Below the pieces are notes generated by a model. The model was not told where the DNA came from, made no database searches, and saw nothing but the letters and a program-made list of their open reading frames with translations. A stretch of DNA of 64,000 nucleotides from assembly GCF_963921235.1 (NCBI RefSeq), contig NC_086097.1, positions 141,858,001-141,922,000 of the forward strand, given 5' to 3'. Position 1 is the first letter of the stretch. Every line of letters starts with the position of its first letter. This document shows, piece after piece, positions 50,901 to 62,606 of this stretch. Position numbers and translations under genes: made by a program. Origin of the DNA: Mobula hypostoma. Lineage: Eukaryota.

Positions 50901-51821
50901 GCCCTTTGGGGAACAGTGCATGGTGTACAGCATGGAGACGGTTGTGGCATCATCCAGTACCTTAATTTACCTTTAGTTGATTCTATTGTAGGGGATGTGG
51001 CATGCAAATTGTCAATGGATATCCAATCAAGTTATAATTGTTTCAGCCAATTAGGGCCCCATAATACTGATCCTCCTGTTTTTCCCACATACAAGCCCAA
51101 CGTGGCTTGTTGGTTGCTGTAATTCATTATTATGAATGTCACTCCCAGAGTTATCTTTTCCTCAGCATATGTTCTTTGTTAGATATCTAGCCCTAAGGCT
51201 TTAGTTTAGTGTTTTTGAAATACTGTTCAAACTTGTCTTGTGGAATGACCATAATAGCTGAGTCAGTGTCCAATTCCATTTTAATTCATTTGCTGTTAAT
51301 TTTTGCTGTAAGCCGTAGTGCTTGTCTCCTGTTAGTTTTCACATTGTACGTTAATCTCAAGGCCGCCCTTTCCTGTGCCACATTCATCATTATCAGATTT
51401 TCCAGTAACGGCATGAAGATTAGTGCTCTTTTTGAAACTGCAACTTGACTTTTTATATTTTACTTTTCCCTGGGCAGTCTATTTATTTTTGTCTGTTGAA
51501 CATGCTCTTTGTATGTGTCCTACTTTTTTGTATTTTCTGCTAGATTCGCCTTTAAACCTGCGTTGGTCAGCTGTATGTGAGCCCCTGCCACAACGGTAAT
51601 GCAATTTGTTCAGCCAAGCAGACCTCCGTCTAGTTGCTGCAGATTTGTTCACACACACTTTCATTCCCGACTGCAATTCAATTGCGTCCCTCTGTTTCCG
51701 TTGAAACAGCAATTTCAACTGCTGTTTTAAATATGAGATGTGCTTCAGTTAGGAGCCACTTTTGATGCTTTCTTGTAAGGTTCTTAAAAAAAATAATAAT
51801 AAATGATCTCTCGGTGTCTCA

Positions 51822-52753
51822 CCCTCTCTCTCTGCTTTCCACAGGGATCGCTCCCTACACGACTCCCTTGTCTATTCGTTCCCCCCATCCCTCCCCACCG
51901 ATCTCCCTCCTGGCACTTATCCTTGTAAGCGGTACAAGTGCTACACATCCTCCCTCAATACCATTCAGGGCCCCAGACAGTCCTTCCAGGTGAGGCGACA
52001 CTTCACCTGTGAGTCAGCTGGAGTGACATACTGCGTCCAGTGCTCCCGTTGCGGCCTTCTATATACTGGTGAGACCCGATGCAGACTGGGAGATCGTTTC
52101 GCTGAACACCTACGCTCTGTCTGCCAGAGAAAGCAGGATCTCCCAGTGGCCACACATTTTAATTCCACGTCCCATTCCCATTCTGATATGTCTATCCACG
52201 GCCTCCTTTACTGTCAAGATGAAGCCACACTCAGGTTGGAGGAACAACACCTTATATTCTGTCTGGGTAGCCTCCAACCTGATGGCATGAACATTGACTT
52301 CTCAAACTTCCGTTAATGCCTCACCTCCCCCTTGTACCCCATCCGTTATTTATTTATTTATATACACACATTCTTTTTCTCTCTCCCCTTTTTCTCTTTC
52401 TGTCCCTCTCACTATACACCTTGCCCATCCTCTGGGCTTCCCTCCTCCCCTTCTTTCTTTCTCCCTAGGCCTCCTGTCCCATGATCCTCTCATATCCCTT
52501 TTGCCAATCAACTGTCCAGCTCTTGGCTCCATCCCTCTCCCTCCTGTCTTCTCCTATCATTTGGGATCTGTCCCTCCCCCTCCCACTTTCAAATCTCTTA
52601 CTAGGTTTTCTTTCAGTTAGTCCTGACGAAGGGTCTCGGCCCAAAACGTTGACTGTTCCTCTTCCTAGAGATGCTGCCTGACCTGCTGCATTCACCAGCA
52701 ACTTTTATGTGTGTTGCTTGAAATTCCAGCATCTGCAGATTTCCTCGTGTTTG
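51822..52753 (+). mobile_element. Penelope-like element 3' portion (GIY-YIG endonuclease and terminal repeat) inserted in Gypsy gag
   Basis: ORF 51990-52316 FTCESAGVTYCVQCSRCGLLYTGETRCRLGDRFAEHLR...EEQHLIF.LGSLQPDGMN; imperfect TSD TGATCTCTCGGTGTCTCA (51804-51821) and TGATCTCTTGGTGCTCA (52756-52772). Confidence 0.92.
52618..52655 (+). ncRNA. Minimal type I hammerhead ribozyme motif (mutated copy)
   Basis: TAGTC-CTGACGA-A-GGGT CTCG GCCC-(A)AAA-CG-T(T)-GACTG: stem I, intact CUGANGA and stem II; GAAA and the GUC cleavage triplet are altered by CpG-type transitions. Confidence 0.75.
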
Positions 52754-53158
52754 TGTGATCTCTTGGTGCTCATTACCAAGCTGCCAATACTCAGACTTCT
52801 TCAATTTATCCATGTATGCTGAGATTGACTCCCCTTCCTTTTGGTTCCACTTATGACACCTGAAGTATTTTGCAATCAACAATGGATTCAGTTCCAGATG
52901 TTCCTGCATTACTTCTACTATATCAGCAAAGCTCATTTCAGCTGGTTTGGTTAGAGCAGTTAAACTTTGAAGCTAATTGTCTGCCTTTAAACCCAATACA
53001 CTTGACAAAATTGGTACTCATTTCTCATTGGCTATTTCATTTGCTTCAAAATACTGTTCAATTAGCTCAGTATACATGAGCCAGTTACCGCAGTTGAGAG
53101 TTCAAACATGACTAATGTTTCAACATAGCCAGCCATTTCAGTTCTTTTTTAATGATTA

Positions 53159-54380
53159 CTAGAAAACAGGGTGACCTGTTGGGGCACCCTTTGAGAGAAG
53201 GGTAGTGCAGTCTGATGTGACCAGAATGAACATTAAATTTTCCAGAATGCTATTGGTATCGCTTTGCTTTGGAAACTGTGTAGAAAACCTCAGTTTATTA
53301 AAGAAGAACGACGCGTAGCAAAGCAAATATCGCTCCTCCTCGTTTAACGAAGGACACTTTTGATGGCATCATTTCTGGTTTCGCTGTCACGCTTGTGCCT
53401 CTCGTTGTCATTCTGGAGACGTGCAGTCCTTTCATCCCCCGTCTCTTCATCTCTTCTGCTGTTTGTTCTTTTTCTCTGATTCTGGAGGTGTGCATTTCTC
53501 AGCCTCTTTGTCTCTTCCTCTCTCCTCCTTCTGTGCTTGTTTTTGTCATTCTGGAGACGTGCAGCCCTTTCATTTCCCATCTCTTCTGTTTGTTTGCCTC
53601 TGATCCTGGAGATGTGCATACTTCTCCTTCTCTATCTCTTCTTCTCTCATCTTTTTTTGTCCTGACTCTTTGATCCTGGAGTCGTGCATCCCTGGCCTCA
53701 TCCGATTCTTGTCCTCTCCCTGTCCTTGCTGCTTCCCGATGATGTTTGGCATCATCTCGTGACCATAATGTCCCCCTTCCCTTCCCATGTGGCATAATTA
53801 GGCTGACTTTTTTTTTTAACCCTAGTGCTGGATAGAAGATACAAAGCAGTAACACCAAAAAGGATGCTGATTATTCTTGATGATGTGGTTGGCGCTGTCC
53901 TAAATGGACGTGATAATAGTCACCGCTGTTCTTTGACTGCAGCAAAGGGCTTTATGGGTGTCTCGAAGTACGTCATTACAATAAGATTTAATTATCTCTT
54001 ATTGATGAGTGGCAGTTTGATCTGTTCCAATCCTGCACATGCTGATGATGATTAGCAGAATGTGACCCCTCGAAATAGAGCTGCCCTGCCTTTTTGCTCC
54101 GGTAGGTGTTGCTGCTGAGGCTGGCCATGCACATGTGTCGGGCTGTGGCGTCTCGATTTCCATGATGGCCGATCAGGTCTTGGGTGAAAGCTAGCCTGTT
54201 GATTTTTGGTGAATGAGCAATTTTATACGAATATATAACCCTGAACTTTGCCTGCATTCTGTCAGTTAGCGCATTTTAATTAGATGTAGCCAAAAATAAG
54301 TGCCGCTGTAATGCAGCATTTGTGCTGATTGGAGGTCACAAACAGACAGACAGAGCATGAGAGTTTTAGTAGTATACAGA
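53159..54380 (-). mobile_element. Non-autonomous Helitron (1222 bp) with decayed N-terminal STPR-like repeat ORF
   Basis: Minus strand begins A|TCTGTATACTACTAAAA...TCTGTCTGTCTG and ends with hairpin GGGTG...CACCC then TGTTTTCTAG|T. Internal 69-nt repeats (53411, 53480, 53549) encode ET.EER.ARLQ.D-type units; ATG at 53795. Confidence 0.88.
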
Positions 54381-57300
54381 TCCCTGCAAAAGCATCATCC
54401 CAATTCACACCCGCAAGTTCTAGCCTTTTAGCCTCATAATTTGCCCTTCCCCAATTAAAAATTTTCGTGTCCTCTCTGATTCTATCCTTTTCCATGATAA
54501 TGTTAAAGCCCAGGGAGCGTTGGTCACTGTCCCCCAGATGCTCACCCACTGAGAGATCTGTGACCTGACCCGGTTCGTTACCTAATACAAGATCTAGTAT
54601 GGTATTCCCCCTAGTCAGCCTGACAACATACTGTGACAGGAATCCGTCCTGGACACACTTCGAACCATAGAAACTACAGCACAGAAACAGGCCTTTTGGC
54701 CCTTCTTGGCTGTGCCGAACCATTTTCTACCTAGTCCCACTGACCTGCCACGGACCATATCCCTCCATACACCTCCCATCCATGTATCTGTCCAATTTAT
54801 TCTTAAATGTTAAAAAAGAACCCGCATTTACCACCTCGTCTGGCAGCTCATTCCATACTCCCACCACTCTCTGTGTGAAGAAGCCCCCCCCTAATGTTCC
54901 CTTTAAACTTTTCCCCCCTCACCCTTAACCCATGTCCTCTGGTTTTTTTCTCCCCTTGCCTCAGTGGAAAAAGCCTGCTTGCATTCACTCTATATATACG
55001 CATCATAATTTTATATACCTCTATCAAATCTCCCCTCATTCTTCTACGCTCCAGGGAATAAAGTCCCAACCTATTCAACCTTTCTCTGTAACTGAGTTTC
55101 TCAAGTCCCGGCAACATCCTTGTAAACCTTCTCTGCACTCTTTCAACCTTATTTATATCCTTCCTGTAATTTGGTGACCAAAACTGAACACAATACTCCA
55201 GACTGGGCCTCACCAATGCCTTATACAACCTCATCATAACATTCCAGCTCTTATACTCAATACTTTGATTAATAAAGGCCAATGTACCAAAAGCTCTCCT
55301 TACGACCCTATCTACCTGTAACGCCACTTTTAGGGAATTTTGTATCTGTATTCCCAGATCCCTCTGTTCCACTGCACTCCTCAGTGCCTTACCATTAACC
55401 CTGTATGTTCTACCTTGGTTTGTCCTTCCAACGTGCAATATCTCACACTTGTCTGTATTAAACTCCATCTGCCATTTTTCAGCCCATTTTTCCAGCTGGT
55501 CCAAGTCCCTCTGCAGGCTCTGAAAACCTTCCTCACTGTCTACTACACCTCCAATCTTTGTATCATCAGCAAACTTGCTGATCCAATTTACCACATTATC
55601 ATCCAGATCATTGATATAGATGACAAATAACAATGGACCCAGCACTGATCCCTGTGGTACACCACTAGTCACAGGCCTCCACTCAGAGAAGCAATTCTCT
55701 ACCACCACTCTCTGGCTTCTTCCATCGAGCCAATGTCTAATCTAATTTACCACCTCTCCATGTATACCTAGCGACTGAATTTTCCTAACTAACCTCCCAT
55801 GCGGGACCTTGTCAAAGGCCTTACTGAAGTCCATGTAGACAATATCCACTGCCTTCCCTTCATCCACTTTCCTCGAAAAACTCCCAACAGATTGGTCAAA
55901 CATGACCTACCACGCACAAAGCCATGTTGACGCTCCCTAATAAGCCCCTGTCTATCCAAATGCTTGTAGATTCTGTCTCTTAGTACTCCCTTCAATAACT
56001 TACCTACTACTGACGTTAAACTCACCGGCCTATAATTTCCCGGATTACTTTTCGATCCTTTTTTAAACAACGGAACAACATGAGCCACTCTCCAATCCTC
56101 CGGCACTTCATCCGTAGACAGTGACATCTTAAATATTTCTGCCAGGGCCCCTGCAATTTCAACACTAGTCTCCTTCAAGGTCCGAGGGAACACTCTGTCA
56201 GGTCCCGGGGATTTATCCACTTTAATTTTCCTCAAGACAGCAAGAACCTCCTCCTTTTCAATCTGTACAGTTTCCATGGTCTCACTACTTGATTCCCTCA
56301 ACTCCATAGATTTCATGCTAGCTTCCTTAGTAAATACAGACGCAAAAAACCTATTTAAGATCTCCCCCATTTCCTTTGGTTCCGCACAAAGCCGACCACT
56401 CTGATCTTCAAGAGGACCAATTTTATCCCTTACAATCCTTTTGCTCTTAATATACTTGTAAAAGCTCTTTGGATTATCCTTCACTTTGACTGCCAAGGTA
56501 ACCTCATGTCTTCTTTTAGCCCTCCTGATTTCTTTCTTAAGTATTTTCTTGCACTTCTTATACTCCTCAAGCACCTGATTTACCCCCCGTTTCCTATACA
56601 TTTCATACAACTCCCTCTTCTTCTTTATCAGAGTTGCAATATCCCTTGAGAACCAAGGTTCCTTATTCTTATTCAATTTGCATTTAATCCTGACAGGAAC
56701 ATACAAACTCTGCACTCTCAAAATTTCCCCTTTGAAGGCTTCCCACCTACCAATCACATCTTTGCCAGAGAACAACCTGTCCCAATCCACGCTTTTTAGA
56801 TCCTTTCTCATTTCTTCAAATTTGGCCTTCTTCCAGTTCAGAACCTCAACCCCAGGACCAGATCTATCCTTGTCCATGATCAAATTGAAACTAATGGTGT
56901 TATGATCACTGGAACCAAAGTGCTCCCCTACACAGACTTCTGTCACTTGCCCTAATTTGTTACCTAACAGGAGATCCAATATTGCATCCCCTCTAGTTGG
57001 TCCCTCTATATATTGATTTAGAAAACTTTCCTGAACACATTTTACAAACTCTAAACCATCTTGACCCCTAACAGTATGGGAGTCCCAATCAATGTATGGA
57101 AAATTAAAATCCCCTACCACCACAACTTTATGTTTCCTGCAGTTGCCTGCTATCTCTCTGCAGATTTGCTCTTCCAAGTCTCGTTGACTATTGGGTGGTC
57201 TGTAATACAATCCCACTAATGTGGCCATACCTTTCCTGTTTCTCAGCTCCACCCATAAGGACTCAGTAGACAAGCCCCCTAATCTGTCCTGCCTGAGCAC

Positions 57301-58600
57301 TGCTGTAATATTTTCCCTAACAAGCAATGCTACTCCCCCACCTTTCATTCCTCTGCCTCGATCACATCTGAAACATCGGAACCCTGGAATATTAAGCTGC
57401 CAATCCTGCTCCTCCTGTAGCCAAGTTTCACTAATTGCTACAACATCATAATTCCACGTGTCAGTCCACGCCCTCAACTCATCTGCCTTCCCCGCAATAC
57501 TCCTAGCATTGAAATATATACACCTCAGAAGATTTTTACCACCACTCACAACCTTTCTATCAGCAGATTTGCTTAAACTTGCAACATCATTTATTTTCAC
57601 CCCATCCACACTGTCAGCTCTGGCACTCTGGTTCCCATCACCCTGCAAATTTAGTTTAAAGCCTCCCCAATAGCACTAACAAACCTCCCTGAAAGGATAT
57701 TGGTCCCCCTGTGGTTCAAGTGTAACCCATCTCTCTTGTACAGGTCCCACCTGCCCCAGAAGAGGTCCCAATGATCCTGAAATCTGAAACCCTGCCCCCT
57801 ACACCAGTTCCTCAGCCACTTGTTCCTCCTCCAGAGCATCCTATTCCTACCCTCACTGGCACCTAGCACAGGTAGCAATCCTGAGATTACCACCCTTGAG
57901 GTTCTGCTTTTCAACTTCCTACCAAGCTCTCTATACTCACTGTCCAGGACCTCTTCACTCTTCCTTGCTATGTCATTGGTACCAATGTGCACCACGACAT
58001 CTGGCTGGTCACCCTCCCACTTCAGAATGTCATGCAATCGATCAGAAACTTAACAAACTCTGCCTCGTCTAAACCATTGGAACTAATCAGGTGCCAATCA
58101 ATATTAGGGAAGTTAAAGTCACCCATGATAACAACCCTGTTATTTTTGCACCTTTCCAAAATCTGCCTCCCAATCTTCCCCTCTGTATCTCTGCTGCTAC
58201 CACGGGGCCTATAGAATACTCCCAACAGAGTAACTGCTCCCTTCCTGTTCCTGACTTCTACCCATACTGACTCAAAAGAGGATCCTGCTACATTACCCAC
58301 CCTTTCTGTAGCTGTAATAGTATCCCTGACCAGTAATGCTACCCCTTCCCCCCTTCCCTCCATCCCTTTTAAAGCACTGAAATCCAGGAATATTGAGAAT
58401 CCATTCCTGCCCTGGTGCCAGCCAAGTCTCTGCATCATAATTCCATGTATGTATCGAAGTTCTCAGTTCATCACCTTTGTTCCTGATGCTTCTTGCATTG
58501 AAATAATGCACTTTTGCCTTTCTAGCGTACTACCTTTACACCCTTTATTCTGTTTCTCTTTCCTCAAAGCCTCTTTATATGTTAGATCTGGCTTTACTCC
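54381..58600 (-). mobile_element. Older CR1 (endonuclease region) split by the young CR1; pieces 58047-58600 and 54381-54661
   Basis: ORF 58022-58438 ends ...GDFNFPNIDW...DEAEFVK and ORF 54280-54723 resumes CVQDGFLSQYV; ACTT occurs at both junctions. Confidence 0.85.
54662..58046 (-). mobile_element. Young CR1 LINE: ORF1 SGNH-esterase C-terminus and nearly full ORF2 (APE and RT) with a frameshift near 55870
   Basis: VVVHIGTNDI...DGLHLN (esterase); YFNARSI, ISETWL, GDFNFP, SSDHN (APE); RT motifs SGVPQGSVLGP and KFADDTK; 3' UTR nearly identical to the 26408-28818 copy. Confidence 0.96.
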
Positions 58601-60349
58601 ATGCTCTCCTCTGTGCCCCGTTATTTTGCCTTCTCCCCATAACCTTTCACACCTATCAACCTTAGCCTTAAATATACCTTCACAGCCACCCATGGCAACA
58701 AATTTTGTGGATTCATCACCCTCTGGCTAAAGAAATTCCTCCTCATCTAAATGGATGTCCTGTATTCTGAGGTTGTTCTCTCTGGTGCTAGACTCCCTCA
58801 GTATAGGAAACATCCTCTCCATACCCGCTCTATCTCGGCCTTTCAACATTCGATTGGTTTCAATGAATCCACTCCTCCCTTCATTCTTCTAAATTCTGAC
58901 GAGTACAGGCTCAGTGACATCTGTTGTGCATTTAATATTTCAGTAATATCTGAGTAATCTTGTAAATATGTTGTTTCATTTAGCAATGAAATATAAAAGC
59001 CAGCAGCCACAAACCAGCACTTTGAATGAATATAATAGAAAATATGAATTTGTGAAGGTGGAAAATATTGAAAAGTTGAACAGTGTTTACACAATGTAAT
59101 CCTGGAGAAATGAGGCAAGATTATTTCTTCATCCAGATGGTTGAAAAATATTTAAAAGCAAATATACAGATTGATAAAATGAAAGAGAATTAAACAATAC
59201 TTACAGCAAGTTAGCAAAGGTTTGATGACTTGAATGCACCATTTTCAGGGATCTACAAATTAAATAATATTCCTACTCTTATGTCTAGCCTTCGGTTTCT
59301 TTTTCTTCTCTGCATTCTTTGCTCCAGCTGTTTTGATATTTTGTTTGGAATGCAAGTAATCGGTCCTGTTGGTGTTTCCAAAAGTCCCTTCTTCCCATTT
59401 AAAAAAAAAATAGGCTTTCTCAGTGTAAGACTAGTACAGGACAATCATCCTTTATGATGCTGTTAGCCAATTGACAGAGGCTGAGTCCTTAGCCTGGATT
59501 TAGCAGTCATGGAAAGACTACAAAATAAACTTAGTTTGTAGTAGTTCTCCCAGTGGGAATGTGGAAATAGATGGAGAATTATCAAAGTGAGGCTCAACCC
59601 CAACCCACAGCAACAAACATTCAAGGGAAGTTTTTGCAGTACTGTTGAGCTGCAGTAGCAGCTGTCAGCTGTCTCATATATGGATAGCTCATCTTGTTAG
59701 GGGTGTTGTTTGGCTGGCTGTCAGTGAACTGCCAGAAGGAGGGAAAGGGGAGAGGTCAGAATCTAAAAGGATTATCATTTAAGTAGGGAATTGAGAATTT
59801 CACTTTGGAGGGTTGTGAGTATGAACGGGAGGCAGTGAATAGAGCAAGTCTCATTGCGTATAAGTGTCACTGTGAAAGATTGAGAGTTAGAGCGAGTTCT
59901 GTGTGAGAACTGGAAAATTTGAAAAGAGCAAGTCTTGTTAATGAGTTTCACTGGGGCCAATAAAAAGAAGTTAGGCTTAAGTGGAGTGGTCATTGTTGGA
60001 GTGGAAGCAGAGATGCATTTTGGGTATGTTTCCTTCTCTTTATCATTGTTTGAGTTTCACTTGCATAAATCGGGACTTGGACCAAAGATAGAACTGAAAA
60101 GAGTTGAGTTTCACTTACAGGAACTTAGAGTAAAGTCAGCTAGCTTTTAGTTAATAGGTGATTGGCTAATTTGCTAAATATTAGCAGCCAGTAAAAAGAA
60201 ACTGGGGCAAGTGGAGTGGCCATCTTGAGAGGGGTTGTTTTCTAGTCAAAATGCTGCAGGTTGTCAAAGTGCGGACTTTGGTGTAAAGGGGAAACAACAC
60301 TAGTTAAGGTAAGGGTCTCCTTTTTCTCTCAAAGCGCTTTTAGACAATG

Positions 60350-60830
60350 ACAGGTGAGTTCACTGATGGTATGCTCCTTTGCAATGTGGAATTGCGGGGA
60401 TGCTGTCAGAGAGGCTCCTTATAGATCACATGATGGCCCTAGAGCTGCGTATAGATTCACTTTGGAGCATCTGCAATTCAGAATATTGTAGATATTACAT
60501 TTAGTGAGGTGGTCACACTACAGTTTTAGGGAAAGAAAGGGTGACCCAACAGGCAGAGCAGTAGCAAGAAGATACTGTTAGGAGATCCTTGTGATCATCT
60601 TGCTTTGAAACAGATGTACTGCTTTGAATACTGTTGCAGTGATGGCTTATCAGGGAAGGTAGCAATAGGGAAATATTTCATGGTGAGGGAAATGGACAGG
60701 AGCTTCTGTAGTCACAAATGGGACTCCTGCATTGATGTGTTGACTCCCAAATACAAGGGTTAGGGATATCTCAGAGTGGCCGCAGGGCATTTACAGTCCT
60801 CAATAGGGAATGATTGTGAAGACCTTCCTG
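60350..60830 (+). mobile_element. Highly decayed CR1 ORF1 region
   Basis: DNA resembling C..C.MW, LELRIDSL.SI and FSEVVT and the start of the esterase domain; no intact ORF. Confidence 0.45.
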
Positions 60831-61182
60831 AATGTTGACATGAAAATTGCGATAATCATGGATTAGTTCTTTGACTAAATCCCTGTGCAGACTGGGGTCA
60901 ATCAAGTTCTCTGCTATTGCACCTTCCCTCTTGATCTTTATTGTGCATTCTTGCCTGTTGGCTCTAATATGGTTCCCTCTCAAGGCTGTTAATTTGCATT
61001 TTGATTCTGAAAATTGTCAACCTTTGCAACATCAGAATCAGAATTACTCCAACTTTAAGTAATTGCCTCTGTACTATTCCAATGTGTTCTTGTAGCTACA
61101 CTCCAATCCAGGCATATCCTGGTTAACCTCTTTCCTCATTCCCCCTGTAATGCACCAACCAAAAGTATACAATTCTCCCAAG

Positions 61183-62606
61183 CAACACACACAAAATGCT
61201 GGTGGAATGCAGCAGGCCAGGCAGCATCTATAGGAAGAAGTACAGTTGATGTTTCAGGTTGAAACCCTTCATCAAGACTCATGGAAAAAAGAAATAGAGA
61301 TTTGAAAGTGGAAGGGGGAGGGATGAAGCGAAGAGCTGGGAAGTTGATTGGCAAAAGGGATACAAGGCTGGAGAAGGGGGAGTATCATGGGACAGAAGGC
61401 CTTGGAAGAAAGGAAGAGCGAGGGGAACACCAAAGGAAGATGGAGAACAGGCAAGGAGTTATTGTGAGAGGGAAAGAGAGAAAAAAAAATTAGGGGTGGG
61501 GTAAGAAGGGGAGGTGGGGCATTAACGGAAGTTAGAGAAGTCAATGTTCATGCCATCAGGTTGGAGGCTGCCCAGATGGACTATAAGGTGTTATTCCTCC
61601 AACCTGAGTGTGGCTTCATATTGACAGTAGAGGAGGCCATGGATTGACATATCGGAATGGGAATGGGATGTGGAATTAAAATGTGTGGCCACTGGGAGAT
61701 CCTGCTTCCTCTGGCGGACAGAGCGTAGGTGTTCGGCAAAGCAGTGTCTCAATCTGCGTCGGGTCTCACCAATATATAGAAAGCCACACTGGGAGCACCG
61801 GGCACAGTATATCACACCAGCAGACTCACAGGTGAAGTGTTGCCTCACCCGGAAGGACTGTCTGGGGCCCTGAATGGTGGTGAGGGAGTAAGTGTAAGGG
61901 CAGGTGTAGCACTTGTTCTGCTTACAAGGATAAGTGCCAGGAGGGAGATCGGTGGACGGCAGATTGGGAGACCGCTTCACTGAACACTTATGCTCTGTCT
62001 GCCAGAGGAAGCAGGATCTCCCAGTGGCCACACATTTTAATTCCACGTCCCATTCCCATTCTGATATGTCAATCCATGGCTTCCTCTACTGTCAAGATGA
62101 AGCCACACTCAGGCTGGAGGAACAACACCTTGTATTCCATCTGGGTAGCCTCCAACCTGATAGCATAAACATTGATTTCTCTAACTTCCATTAATGCCCC
62201 TCCTCCCCTTCATATCTCATCCCTATTTTTTTCTCTCTCTCCCTCTCACAATAACTCCTTGCCTGTTCTCCATTTTCCTCTGGTGCTCCCCTCCCTCTTT
62301 CTTTCTTCCAAGGCCTTCTGTCCCATGATACTCCCCCTTCTCCAGCCTTGTATCCCTTTTGCCAGCTCTTCCCAGCTCTTGGCTTCATCCCTCCCCCTCC
62401 TGTCTTCTCCTATCATTTTGGGTCCCCCACCCCCTCCCATTTTCAAATCTCTTGCTGTCTCTTTTTTCCGTGAATCCTGACCAAGGGTCTCGACCCGAAA
62501 CGTCGACTGTGCTTCTTCCTACAGATGCTGCCTGGCCTGCTGTGTTCCACCAGCATTTTGTGTGTGTTGCTTGAATTTCCAGCATCTGCAGATTTTCTCG
62601 TGTTTG
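61183..62606. mobile_element. Penelope-like insertion with inverted architecture (minus arm to about 61955, plus arm about 61956-62606) inside a CR1 remnant
   Basis: Both arms encode the GIY-YIG C-terminal region (ORFs 61591-62046 minus with IYC...YIGET, 61934-62194 plus); 13-bp direct repeat CAATTCTCCCAAG at 61170-61182 and 62607-62619; CR1 LQLYITFVRPHLG continues across the site. Confidence 0.92.
62472..62509 (+). ncRNA. Minimal type I hammerhead ribozyme motif (G8 mutated)
   Basis: GAATC-CTGAC(C)A-A-GGGT CTCG ACCC-GAAA-CG-TC-GACTG: perfect stem II, intact GAAA, palindromic ACGT stem III and GUC site; CUGANGA altered to CUGACCA. Confidence 0.78.

Larger units (their letters stand above)
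49702..53157 (-). mobile_element. Ty3/Gypsy LTR retrotransposon derivative: gag, protease, captured RBM25 segment, integrase tail, PPT, 3' LTR; 5' LTR missing
   Basis: gag start at 53136 MAGYVE...NWLMYTELIEQYFEANEIANEK; LNPLLIAKYFRCHKWNQKEGESISAY; knuckle remnant KVGHIQRAC; protease MELDTDSA (about 51270); integrase-tail-like PELLEPLPVVSESTPTT (50250-50065); PPT-like AAGCAGGGATGG; LTR 49702-49934 with TG...CA. Confidence 0.85.

Noticed and set aside
53400..53720. CRISPR-like array or host coiled-coil exon
   Set aside because: The whole 69-nt unit is repeated without unique spacers, it lies inside Helitron termini, it is frameshifted and the context is eukaryotic.
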